Assembly: GCA_900617105.1 (NCBI GenBank)
Contig: UYFQ01000023.1
Location: 372,001-436,000, forward strand
Direction of reading: 5' to 3'
Source of the DNA: Hydrurus foetidus
Taxonomy: Eukaryota
DNA: 64,000 bases
Below, in pieces: positions 51,045 through 60,461 of this stretch (the stretch's first letter is position 1; each line of letters starts with the position of its first letter). The notes beneath the pieces were generated by a model that ran no database searches, was not told the DNA's origin, and saw nothing but the letters and a program-made list of their open reading frames with translations. Both the position numbers and the translations under genes were made by a program.

Positions 51045-51566
51045 ATGATGCAACAACTGAACCTGATCCTTGCCCGCGCCCGCAACGGCGTGATTGGAAT
51101 CAACAACGCCCTTCCCTGGCACCTGCCCGAAGACATGGCGCATTTCAAGCGCACGACCCTGGGCTGCACCGTCATCATGGGGCGCAAAACCTGGGATTCG
51201 TTGCCCGCTAAATTCCGGCCTTTACCAGGGCGCACCAATGTGGTGGTGACACGGCAAACCGATTGGCATGCCGAGGGCGCAGTGGTGGTGCATTCGGTGC
51301 AAGAGGCCATAGCGAAAGCCCAGCAACACAGCACATCGGAACAAGCTGCGGTGGCCTGGGTCATCGGTGGTGCAAAAATTTACGCGGCCACGCTGCCCCA
51401 TGCCAGCACCGCCATCGTGACCGAAATCGACGCGGATTTTGAAGGCGATGCCTTTGCGCCACAATTCGGCCCCGACTGGCGTGAAAGCCACCGGGAAAAC
51501 CACGTATCCAGCAACGGTTTGGCGTTCAGTTTTGTCACGTACACACGGCACAATCCGGGCGTTTAA
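51045..51566 (+). CDS. folA: Dihydrofolate reductase
   Basis: LPWHLPED, MGRKTWDS, RPLPGR, IGGA and GDAF motifs. Confidence 0.95.
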   Translation: MMQQLNLILARARNGVIGINNALPWHLPEDMAHFKRTTLGCTVIMGRKTWDSLPAKFRPLPGRTNVVVTRQTDWHAEGAVVVHSVQEAIAKAQQHSTSEQAAVAWVIGGAKIYAATLPHASTAIVTEIDADFEGDAFAPQFGPDWRESHRENHVSSNGLAFSFVTYTRHNPGV

Positions 51567-51637
51567 CGGCTCAGCACGGCACCACCCGTGCTGTACGTCA
51601 TTTTCTTTCTCACTTCATTGATACACAGGAATTCACC

Positions 51638-52252
51638 ATGTCTTCAGGCGGTTTTCACGTCCACGGCCCCCACGACCACGAACTAGAGCACGCCGCACAA
51701 GGCGGCCACGATGACCACGGCAGCCAGCATGGCGACGCGCACAAAAGCAGCGGCATGACGGCGCAAATCGCCGTTGTCACAGCCGTCATCGCGACGGTAG
51801 GCGCGCTGTTCTCGTACATGGGCGGGGCCACCCAGGCCAACGCGGGTTTACTCAAAAACGACGCTGCCATCAAGAAAACAGAAGCCTCCAACCAGTGGAA
51901 TTACTTCCAATCCAAGAGCACCAAGCAATCGCTGTCTGAGCTGGCACGCGACTTGGCCCCTGAAGAAAAGAAAGCCATCTACCAGGCCAAGATTGAGCGC
52001 TACGAGAAAGAAAAAGGCGAGATCAAAGTACAGGCCGAAAAGCTCGAAGCCGAATCCACCGCCAAAGACCATCAAAGCGATGAGCAAATGCACCAGCACC
52101 ACCGCTGGGCGCAGGCCACCACGGCACTGCAAGTCTCCATCGCCTTGGCCGCTATGGCGCTGCTGACCAAAAAGAAATGGTTGGAGTACGGCATGTTCGG
52201 CTTAGCCGGACTGGGTATTGTGGTCGGTGGGCTGGCTGCGCTTCATATTTAA
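51638..52252 (+). CDS. DUF4337 family membrane protein
   Basis: His-rich N-terminus; ASNQWNYFQSKSTKQ motif; three TM segments. Confidence 0.82.
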   Translation: MSSGGFHVHGPHDHELEHAAQGGHDDHGSQHGDAHKSSGMTAQIAVVTAVIATVGALFSYMGGATQANAGLLKNDAAIKKTEASNQWNYFQSKSTKQSLSELARDLAPEEKKAIYQAKIERYEKEKGEIKVQAEKLEAESTAKDHQSDEQMHQHHRWAQATTALQVSIALAAMALLTKKKWLEYGMFGLAGLGIVVGGLAALHI

Positions 52253-52320
52253 TAGCACACTACACATATGAAATAAGCGTAAAGTGGTTAAAAGGCTTTT
52301 AAAAATTGCCCTCAATCACC

Positions 52321-53715
52321 TTACCGACCGCCTTGCACCTCTGCCGCCGTAATCGGCGCGGCGTGGTTGCCCCAGGCTTGGCGGATGTAAGACACCACCA
52401 CCGCCAAATCCTCGGGGTTTAAATCAAACGGCGGCATGCTGAACGGGCGTGGATTGCCCGCCGTGGCAGGCGGGAAACCCCCACTGCGCACGATGCGCAC
52501 GAGGTTGGTGCTCGATGCCATCGTCACCGCCCGGTTGCCCGCCAATGCCGGGTAGGCCAGAGGCCCGGTAGTCAGCCCCGCCAAGCGCCCACCCACCCCC
52601 TGCGCACCGTGGCAATCCCCGCAATGCTGTTCATACAGTTTTTGGCCCTTTGCCATGTCCACGGTAGCCACGCTAGAGCGTCTGTCTGTGGCAGCGGCCT
52701 CAGACGACGCAGGCGCAGACTGCGGTAAATCCTTCAAAAACACTGCCATCGCCTGCAAATCGGCATCGGTCAAATGCTGGGTGCTGCGGTAAACCACCTC
52801 GGCCATCGGCCCCAATACAGACGCATGAACCGAGGCATTCACCGAAGCATCAACCGTGTCATGGCCCACAACGCCGTTCTTCAGCAAATCCACCACCTGC
52901 TGCACGCTCCAGCCCGCCACACCCGCTTCAGCGGCTGCGTTGAGCGAAGGCGCGTACCAGCCCTGCATGGGGATCAGCCCCCCGCCAAACTCTGCACGGC
53001 CACTGCTGCTGTCCGTCGTTGCCCCCATCGCGTTGCGGCTGGCATGGCAAGCGTTGCAATGGCCTAAACCACGTACCAGATAGGCACCGCGCTGCCATTG
53101 CGCAGAGCGGTTTGAACTGTTGGGTTCGGGCTTGTCAGCCCCTGGCGTGAAAAACAGCGCCCGCCACACCGCCAGCGCAGCCTGGGTGTTGTAAGGGAAG
53201 CGCAAGTCGTTTGCGGGCTGCGCCTGGGCCACAGCGGGCAGGCTTTGCAGATAGGCAAACAGCGCATCCGAATCCTCGCGTGTCACCCGCGTGGTGTTGG
53301 TGTACGGGAACACGGGGTAAAGCAAATGGCCGTCCTTGGAGCGGCCATTGTGCAAGGCACGCCAAAAATGAGCACTGCTCCACGCCCCCAAACCTGTCTG
53401 AACATCCGGCGTCAAATTGCCTGCATAAACCTTGCCAAAAGGCGTGTCGATCCCCGCCCCTCCCGCATACAGCGCACCGCCTCGCGCAGTGTGGCAGGCC
53501 GCACAGTTGCCCGCCGTCGCCAAGTAAGCACCACGGGCGATCTGTTCTGGGGATGTTGATGGAGGGGCTGCTTGCGAGGCAGACTGTGCAGAAACAGGGG
53601 CCAACACGGGCAAAGCCTCTTCACCCCGTTGGTTCAGATAAACCACAACACCCACCCCCAGGGCCAGCAGCACCAGCAGAGTCACGACAACCGTCGTCCA
53701 GCGGATCCATTTCAT
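52321..53715 (-). CDS. Membrane-anchored triheme cytochrome c (dehydrogenase cytochrome-subunit-like)
   Basis: CAACH, CNACH and CGDCH heme sites; NLTPD..TGLGAWS. Confidence 0.9.
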   Translation of the reverse strand: MKWIRWTTVVVTLLVLLALGVGVVVYLNQRGEEALPVLAPVSAQSASQAAPPSTSPEQIARGAYLATAGNCAACHTARGGALYAGGAGIDTPFGKVYAGNLTPDVQTGLGAWSSAHFWRALHNGRSKDGHLLYPVFPYTNTTRVTREDSDALFAYLQSLPAVAQAQPANDLRFPYNTQAALAVWRALFFTPGADKPEPNSSNRSAQWQRGAYLVRGLGHCNACHASRNAMGATTDSSSGRAEFGGGLIPMQGWYAPSLNAAAEAGVAGWSVQQVVDLLKNGVVGHDTVDASVNASVHASVLGPMAEVVYRSTQHLTDADLQAMAVFLKDLPQSAPASSEAAATDRRSSVATVDMAKGQKLYEQHCGDCHGAQGVGGRLAGLTTGPLAYPALAGNRAVTMASSTNLVRIVRSGGFPPATAGNPRPFSMPPFDLNPEDLAVVVSYIRQAWGNHAAPITAAEVQGGR

Positions 53716-53724
53716 GGGTGGGCC

Positions 53725-54513
53725 TCAGTTCACCGCGCTGCCACAGCGCAAGGCGGGGGATTCATCCCCGGGTTTCGCAGACCCGGCGTTCACAGCTTTC
53801 ACCGTTCCCACCATTTTCACGGGCTCAGGCTTCCCCCCCACAGGCACCGTTTGCTGCGACAGCCACGTCGTCACCGCGCCCACATCCTCGGGCGACAGCC
53901 GCTTGGCGATCTCAGCCATGCAGTCCGGGGCCATCGCGTGGCGCTCAAGGGTACGCCACGCGCCCAATTCAGCCAGCAGGTAGTCACGCGGCAAACCCAG
54001 CAAACCGGGCGTGGCGGGCTGCACGCCCATCAACTGCGCTCCGTGGCATTGCGCACAAGCAGGCAGCTGGCGCGATTTGTCCCCCCGCAAGGCCAGCGTT
54101 TCACCTCGGGCGCGGGCATCCGCAGACTGCGGCAAGGGTTGAGGCGCAGCATATGGCACATCCAGCCCTGCAAAGTAGGCGGCGATTTCACGCAGATAAG
54201 CATCCGGCAACAGCTCGACGAAATTCACCATCACCAAGTTATGCCGACGGCCTTCACGGAAATTCAGCAGCTGGTTGTACAGGTAGCCCGCAGGCTTGCC
54301 CGCGATGCGCGGAAAGTACCCGTCGCTGGTAGCGCGGCCCTCTTTGCCGTGGCAGGCGGCGCAAGCGGCGAGGCGCTGGGCGATGGTGTCTGGGATGGCA
54401 GTTGGGGTGGGGTTGACAGGTGCAGCGCAGACGTAACCCAAGCCCAGCCACGCAGCACAAACGGTGGTGAAGATACGTTTGAAAACCACGGTGGGGATTA
54501 TGTTTCGGGGCAT
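53725..54513 (-). CDS. Diheme cytochrome c4/c553
   Basis: CAACH and CAQCH heme sites; start uncertain. Confidence 0.88.
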   Translation of the reverse strand: MPRNIIPTVVFKRIFTTVCAAWLGLGYVCAAPVNPTPTAIPDTIAQRLAACAACHGKEGRATSDGYFPRIAGKPAGYLYNQLLNFREGRRHNLVMVNFVELLPDAYLREIAAYFAGLDVPYAAPQPLPQSADARARGETLALRGDKSRQLPACAQCHGAQLMGVQPATPGLLGLPRDYLLAELGAWRTLERHAMAPDCMAEIAKRLSPEDVGAVTTWLSQQTVPVGGKPEPVKMVGTVKAVNAGSAKPGDESPALRCGSAVN

Positions 54514-54520
54514 ACCAGCT

Positions 54521-54745
54521 TCATTTCAAACAATCCTCACCGCGTGTTTCGCGCAAAATTTCTTCAGTACTCAGACCTACAATGCCCATACCGAGAAATT
54601 GGCGAAATGGGTTTTCAGATGCGTCGGGGGCCTTCGGCGAAACTTCAACATTGACCGCTACCCCTGGCTGCACACCCAAATTCAGGTGCATGGCTTTAAG
54701 AAGGGTCGCTTGGCTTTTGCTGGTCTGTGCGTAGCCCATAGTCAA
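54521..54745 (-). pseudogene. Degenerate orphan AbrB/MazE/SpoVT-type antitoxin
   Basis: TSKSQATLLKA..LNLGVQPG..V..EV resembles TSKGQVTIPK..LG..PG; C-terminal GLSTEEILRETRGE; no toxin gene follows. Confidence 0.55.
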
Positions 54746-54792
54746 TGCCCCTTAAAGTAATACTTCATTTTATTCTGCTTGGAAAGCATGAC

Positions 54793-55060
54793 CTTTCAAG
54801 CATCCTCCCCACGCGAGCCCAGCCATCAACCCTCTGTACCGCTTGCAGGGTGTTCATCTTGATGACCGCCCAAAACTCCCACCGCCTGTGTCTCCGGCAG
54901 CGCCTCCACAGCCCGCAGGGCGCGGCTCATCACGTTGGTGCGGGTCTGCGCTTGGTCTAGTGTGTTCAGCACCGTTGTGTACGGCGGCTCCACGTACTTC
55001 TTTGATATGGATTTGACCTCGGTACGGATTTGCAGCTCCAGCGCCTGGCCCGCTAATTCC
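54793..55060 (-). pseudogene. Duplicated, internally deleted 3' fragment of rmuC
   Basis: Direct repeat of 60430-60966 lacking 60613-60882; encodes ELAGQALEL...KYVEPPYT|TVLNTLDQAQ...ASGTEG. Confidence 0.92.
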
Positions 55061-55138
55061 TCGATCACACACAATAGCCAGAACTTTCGAAGAAGGGATT
55101 GGTACGCCTGTGTTACCCAAAAACAGTGTTTTTGAGCC

Positions 55139-55177
55139 ACGCCGAACAGTTGATTGATCTAATCAATTGTTCGGCGT
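55139..55177. terminator. 17-bp inverted repeat downstream of the surface protein gene
   Basis: acgccgaacagttgatt-gatct-aatcaattgttcggcgt (1 mismatch). Confidence 0.6.
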
Positions 55178-55227
55178 AGTTACCCGGATTGCCTCGGTAG
55201 CCAACATCCGATGCGGCGGCCCTTCCC

Positions 55228-58200
55228 TCAGCCCCGGTATCGGGTCCGCTGGAGTTGCCCCATCCCAAACATCGCCATCAGACCCGCCAGAATATAAAGC
55301 GCCCACTCAGAGAGCGTTGGGACAGACGTTACGCCCGCGGTTGGGTCAGGCACACCAGGTCCACCTGGATCCACGATGACGCTGTTGGCAGTTATATCGC
55401 TGTCGCCAATCAGCCCGTCAGTGATCGTCAAGGTGATGGTATTTCCAGCGATCGCCACCTGCGAAGGGGGGAGCCGGTACCAGTGAGGCGTGGTGTTCCC
55501 AGGTGCTGGTTTGGGTCCATATTTCCAATACACCGTACCTGCAGGCAATGGGTTTGGGTAGGTAATGGTGATCACTGCGGCAGAGCCGGCTGTACCAGTT
55601 TTCAGCGTGAAGTCAAACAGACCATGAGGAAAGCTAAAGCCCGGGGGGGCCGTGCCTGCCGGCGGAGATTTGGCATTGCCCGTGACAGGAATAAAGCCTG
55701 CGGAGTTGGCGGTATCCACTACCCAGCCGTTAGTTGCCGCCACGGCCGCAGTCCCGGAGCCGGTTCCAGTTGATGTGGATTGGGTTGCCGCAGCACAGCT
55801 CGCAGTCGTGCCCCCGTTAGAACCCGTGCATGACCAGCCCCATGCAGCACCACCACTCACGGCGCTGGCGCTTCCTGCCAAACAAAGATTGCTGCTAGGT
55901 TTGAACGCACTGAAAACACCGGAAGCTGAGCCGCAGGCACCATTGACCTGCAGCAGCCATTGCGCATACAGCGTCACGTTAGCCCCGCCCATGACAAAGG
56001 TCGAAGCAGGCGCGCGGGCGGTTCCACTGCCATCGGCAACGGTGTTCCAGCCGTTGAAGGTGTACCCGGTCTTGACCAGGCTACCCGAATTGCCCAGCAC
56101 AGTCACTGTCGCACCGTTCAGGTAGGCACCAGCGTCCGTGGGTACGCTGCCCCCCGTGCTAGCGTTACCACTGTAGGTCACGCTGTACGTGGGCAAGGCT
56201 GTCCATTGGGCGTACAGCGTCACGTTCGCGCCGCCCATGGCGAAGGTCGCAGCAGGTGCGCGGGCAGTTCCACTGCCATCGGCAACGGTGTTCCAGCCAC
56301 TGAAACTGAACCCAGCCTTGACCAGAGTACCTGTATTCCCAAGCACAGTCACTGTCGCACCGTTCAGGTAGGCACCAGCGTCCGTGGGCACGCTTCCCCC
56401 GGTGCTGGTGTTGCCGTCATAGGTCACGCTGTACGTGGGCAAGGCTGTCCACTGGGCATACAGCGTCACGTTCGCGCCGCCCATGGCGAAGGTCGCAGCA
56501 GGCGCGCGGGCGGTTCCGCTGCCATCGGCAACGGTGTTCCAACCACTGAAGCTGTACCCGGTCTTGACCAAAGTACCTGTATTGCCAAGCACAGTCACTG
56601 TCACACCGTTCAGGTACGTACCAGCGTCCGTGGGTACGCTGCCCCCCGTGCTGGTGTTGCCGTCATAGGTCACGCTGTACGTGGGCAGGCTTGTCCACTG
56701 GGCATACAGCGTCACGTTGGCGCTACCCATGGCAAAGGTCGCAGCCGGTGCTCGAGCGGATCCACTGCCGTTGGCAGCGGTGTTCCAGCCGTTGAAGGTG
56801 TACCCGGTCTTGACCAGGCTACCCGAATTGCCCAGCACAGTCACTGTCGCACCGTTCAGGTAGGCACCAGCGTCCGTGGGTACGCTGCCCCCCGTGCTAG
56901 CGTTACCACTGTAGGTCACGCTGTACGTGGGCAAGGCTGTCCATTGGGCGTACAGCGTCACGTTCGCGCCGCCCATGGCGAAGGTCGCAGCAGGTGCGCG
57001 GGCAGTTCCACTGCCATCGGCAACGGTGTTCCAGCCACTGAAACTGAACCCAGCCTTGACCAGAGTACCTGTATTCCCAAGCACAGTCACTGTCGCACCG
57101 TTCAGGTAGGCACCAGCGTCCGTGGGCACGCTTCCCCCGGTGCTGGTGTTGCCGTCATAGGTCACGCTGTACGTGGGCAAGGCTGTCCACTGGGCATACA
57201 GCGTCACGTTCGCGCCGCCCATGGCGAAGGTCGCAGCAGGCGCGCGGGCGGTTCCGCTGCCATCGGCAACGGTGTTCCAACCACTGAAGCTGTACCCGGT
57301 CTTGACCAAAGTACCTGTATTGCCAAGCACAGTCACTGTCGCACCGTTCAGGTACGTACCAGCGTCCGTGGGTACGCTGCCCCCCGTGCTGGTGTTGCCG
57401 TCATAGGTCACGCTGTACGTGGGCAGGCTTGTCCACTGGGCATACAGCGTCACGTTGGCGCTACCCATGGCAAAGGTCGCAGCCGGTGCTCGAGCGGATC
57501 CACTGCCGTTGGCAGCGGTGTTCCAGCCGTTGAAGGTGTACCCGGTCTTGACCAGGCTACCCGAATTGCCCAGCACAGTCACTGTGGCACCGTTCAAGTA
57601 ACCGCTAGCGTCCGTAGGTACGCTGCCGCCTGTGCTGGCATTGCCGCTGTAAGTCACGTGATAACCCGGCAGCAACAAGACCCGCGCCTCAATGCTTGCG
57701 CTGGTACCGTCACCGGTGTTGTCGGTCCATGCCGTCGCAAAAACATCTGACGCCAACGCCGTCATCACAGGTGAATTTTGATCACCACTCCGAAACTCGT
57801 TCACCTCAAAATCAGTGGAATCAACCGCAACCCCGGTAGAACTGAATCGCCGCCCGAAGATACCGTTGAGATCGTAATCACCGTTATCAGACTGCCAGCC
57901 CACCACAAACCCACCGCCAGACAAGGCCGCTAATCCTGGTTTGTCTCGATATTGATTTATAGCTGAAGAATTGTTGGCCAGCGTCACAGAACCTTGCACT
58001 GCCCCCGCATTGTTGTAGCGTTGGAATAATATATCCGTTCTATCGTAATTAGCATCAGGATACCCACCCCAGGCGACAATAAAATCACCCCCTGTCAAAC
58101 CTATAACACGAGGAGCGGGGATGCCCAATACATTTGAGTAAACCAATGCATTACTCGTCACGCTGATAATGGTTGATATTGCCGAACTGACAACTGCCTT

Positions 58201-60210
58201 GGCATCATAGGTAGCGCTATCACCCCATACAACGGCATATTCACCGTTACTCAACGCCGAAATACTAGGTGCTACATCGGTTGCAGATGAACTGATTGAT
58301 ATTTCAGCTCCATTTTTTGATCCATTGCTGGCATTGAATTTTTGAGCCTTAATGGTGCCAACCGTAGATGTCCAAGCAATGACAAAAGAACCATCGGTCA
58401 ACGTTGTGATGGTTGGTGAATTTTGATCACCGCTTACCGTGGTATTGGCAATCAGTTCACTTCCAACCGTACCATCGGCAGCAACAATTCGATAGGCAAT
58501 ATCCAAACCATTTGCACCCGGCGTTGTACCGTAGGCAACGACAAATCTTCCGTTATCCAAAGCAGCAACGACAGGGGTAACTTCATCAATACCATTACCA
58601 GCGCTTGTGATTGAGAATTCAGAACCAACAGCACTGCCACTTGAATTATAAATTTTCCCGTAAATACCATTTTTGGAACTGTTTTCACCGCCTTGTCCTG
58701 ACGATTGCCAAACAACAACAAAATTCCCATTGCTAAGTGTTGCCGTTGCTGGATTTTTTTGATCGTTTGTGGTAAATGTATTGACCTTGATATCACCACC
58801 AAAATTCAAATCATTGGATTGCCCATTGACGACATTGAAAGTCAACTGTTTGCTGTATCCTTGACCATTAATGGGATTTCCGCTGGTATCTGTTTGGTAA
58901 AAATCATAATAGCGAACATTTACCGTTGCAGATTGCCCAATAGCAGGTAAAACACCGGTACTCAGCGTTAAAGTTGCAACATTACTTGTGGATGCATTAA
59001 ACGTGATTGCAAACAAATTGGGCACCGATTGGCTGTCAATAGCCCAATAACCACCCGTTGTATAACCCGTATCAGTAGGCGTTAGCGTCGTGACCGCAGC
59101 ACCTTGGCTGGCATCCGTAAGAACATAGCTTCGCCCAGGCACAATGTTTGTAGGTGGATTATCTGGATATACCGTTGACCCGCTTCCAGCACTGTTGGCA
59201 CCGCCAGTTTTCCATGCATTTCCTACACTGTTTGTTGTTGTTGTATCGCCAGGCAAGCTGTCCACAAATCTCCAGATTGTTCCGGTGACATTCACAAAAG
59301 TAACAGTGGAAAAACCGATAGGATAGGGATAGTCAACCCAACTGCTCCCGCTATTGGTGCTGTATTGATATTTACCACGGGTTAGAAGCCAAGGTGGTGT
59401 GAAATTGACATTGTAATAAGCAACCTCTGTAATTTGAGCATAAGTGCTTAAATTAACTGGATTTGCTCCATTGCCATAAGTCCACGTGTGACTTGTACCG
59501 CCTGGCCGAACATAAACAGCCCCACCAGATAAAGTAAAAACTTGCGCTGCAGAAAGTAATTTTTGATAATCAACATCAGGAGAAATTACTGGCGATGAGT
59601 CAATTATTCCAATTTTTGACTCAAGAACCCAATCACCACCAAGACTTGCCGCACCAGTGGCATTGGTTGATGCGGCCACATTTTTATGAGTTACAGCTGC
59701 AATAGCTCGAATAAAGCGATTTCCGTAAAATCCTTGTGCAACATCGCACCCATAGAAAAGTATGCTTCCATCTTTTCGGATAGATTGAGCAATAGATTTC
59801 AGTTGATTTTCATAGGCGTTAATTTTCTCTAGAGATAAAACCCCAGTACCGAGATAAACAGACCCAGGTGCTCCGTGGGAAACTATACTCACAGAGGATA
59901 AATTTTGTCTCTGCGACAATATTTCTGCCATTTGTGTCACACCATCTCTGCGAGCATCCAGTACAATTTTTTCCGTACCAAGCTCTACAGATGACAATAT
60001 CGTTTTATAATCTTCTACCGCTGAGTCAATGAACAGAATAGAATTTTTTGATTTTTCTTTTAATATTGAATTTACATCAATATAATAATCTTTATGCACC
60101 AAATTCTGGATCGGAAAATTTGAGGCATGCACGATCCCAGTTAACACAAAAAAACAAAGAAAGCTGAAAAATGCAAGTACGATCCGAAGATCAATTTTTC
60201 GATACTTCAA
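55228..60210 (-). CDS. Large surface protein: signal peptide, DUF4347, VNT..DQ..P..L.NG.FVV.W repeats, 7 InlB-B/Listeria-Bacteroides repeats, choice-of-anchor U-like domain, IPTL-CTERM
   Basis: FIDSAV.DY...VSHG..G...YGCDVA.G...GGDW.LE; GYTFNGWNT.ADGSG...TLYAQW x7; IVDPGGP; VPTLSEW plus TM and basic tail; TTG start. Confidence 0.88.
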   Translation of the reverse strand: MKYRKIDLRIVLAFFSFLCFFVLTGIVHASNFPIQNLVHKDYYIDVNSILKEKSKNSILFIDSAVEDYKTILSSVELGTEKIVLDARRDGVTQMAEILSQRQNLSSVSIVSHGAPGSVYLGTGVLSLEKINAYENQLKSIAQSIRKDGSILFYGCDVAQGFYGNRFIRAIAAVTHKNVAASTNATGAASLGGDWVLESKIGIIDSSPVISPDVDYQKLLSAAQVFTLSGGAVYVRPGGTSHTWTYGNGANPVNLSTYAQITEVAYYNVNFTPPWLLTRGKYQYSTNSGSSWVDYPYPIGFSTVTFVNVTGTIWRFVDSLPGDTTTTNSVGNAWKTGGANSAGSGSTVYPDNPPTNIVPGRSYVLTDASQGAAVTTLTPTDTGYTTGGYWAIDSQSVPNLFAITFNASTSNVATLTLSTGVLPAIGQSATVNVRYYDFYQTDTSGNPINGQGYSKQLTFNVVNGQSNDLNFGGDIKVNTFTTNDQKNPATATLSNGNFVVVWQSSGQGGENSSKNGIYGKIYNSSGSAVGSEFSITSAGNGIDEVTPVVAALDNGRFVVAYGTTPGANGLDIAYRIVAADGTVGSELIANTTVSGDQNSPTITTLTDGSFVIAWTSTVGTIKAQKFNASNGSKNGAEISISSSATDVAPSISALSNGEYAVVWGDSATYDAKAVVSSAISTIISVTSNALVYSNVLGIPAPRVIGLTGGDFIVAWGGYPDANYDRTDILFQRYNNAGAVQGSVTLANNSSAINQYRDKPGLAALSGGGFVVGWQSDNGDYDLNGIFGRRFSSTGVAVDSTDFEVNEFRSGDQNSPVMTALASDVFATAWTDNTGDGTSASIEARVLLLPGYHVTYSGNASTGGSVPTDASGYLNGATVTVLGNSGSLVKTGYTFNGWNTAANGSGSARAPAATFAMGSANVTLYAQWTSLPTYSVTYDGNTSTGGSVPTDAGTYLNGATVTVLGNTGTLVKTGYSFSGWNTVADGSGTARAPAATFAMGGANVTLYAQWTALPTYSVTYDGNTSTGGSVPTDAGAYLNGATVTVLGNTGTLVKAGFSFSGWNTVADGSGTARAPAATFAMGGANVTLYAQWTALPTYSVTYSGNASTGGSVPTDAGAYLNGATVTVLGNSGSLVKTGYTFNGWNTAANGSGSARAPAATFAMGSANVTLYAQWTSLPTYSVTYDGNTSTGGSVPTDAGTYLNGVTVTVLGNTGTLVKTGYSFSGWNTVADGSGTARAPAATFAMGGANVTLYAQWTALPTYSVTYDGNTSTGGSVPTDAGAYLNGATVTVLGNTGTLVKAGFSFSGWNTVADGSGTARAPAATFAMGGANVTLYAQWTALPTYSVTYSGNASTGGSVPTDAGAYLNGATVTVLGNSGSLVKTGYTFNGWNTVADGSGTARAPASTFVMGGANVTLYAQWLLQVNGACGSASGVFSAFKPSSNLCLAGSASAVSGGAAWGWSCTGSNGGTTASCAAATQSTSTGTGSGTAAVAATNGWVVDTANSAGFIPVTGNAKSPPAGTAPPGFSFPHGLFDFTLKTGTAGSAAVITITYPNPLPAGTVYWKYGPKPAPGNTTPHWYRLPPSQVAIAGNTITLTITDGLIGDSDITANSVIVDPGGPGVPDPTAGVTSVPTLSEWALYILAGLMAMFGMGQLQRTRYRG
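55958..57663 (-). repeat. Seven tandem 246-bp units in a 738-bp higher-order pattern (A-B-C-A-B-C-A')
   Basis: Units recur every 246 bp; units 738 bp apart are nearly identical. Confidence 0.93.
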
Positions 60211-60461
60211 AAAATTCCCCCTAAAAATATTATTACTAATAAATGCTGAAAAATAATTTTTAAATCAATAAGACAAAAATTTTCGCAAAAAAATTATTCA
60301 AAAAATAACTCTAGCACAAAAATAAAGACTTTGCATTTACTCAACTACTCGAGGTGGAGTCAAGGTCAACTTGAGGCCAATCGCAGCAAACCATGCTGGA
60401 CAGCTTCTCGAATTTGAACTCGCGTTACTTTTCAAGCAACTTACCCACGCGAGCCCAGCCA

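Noticed and set aside
55958..57663. Possible CRISPR or DGR-like array
   Set aside because: The units are contiguous 246-bp coding repeats with no unique spacers, and there is no cas or reverse transcriptase gene.
55960..57750. 596-aa plus-strand ORF with repeats
   Set aside because: Antisense shadow of the surface protein repeats; no independent protein features.
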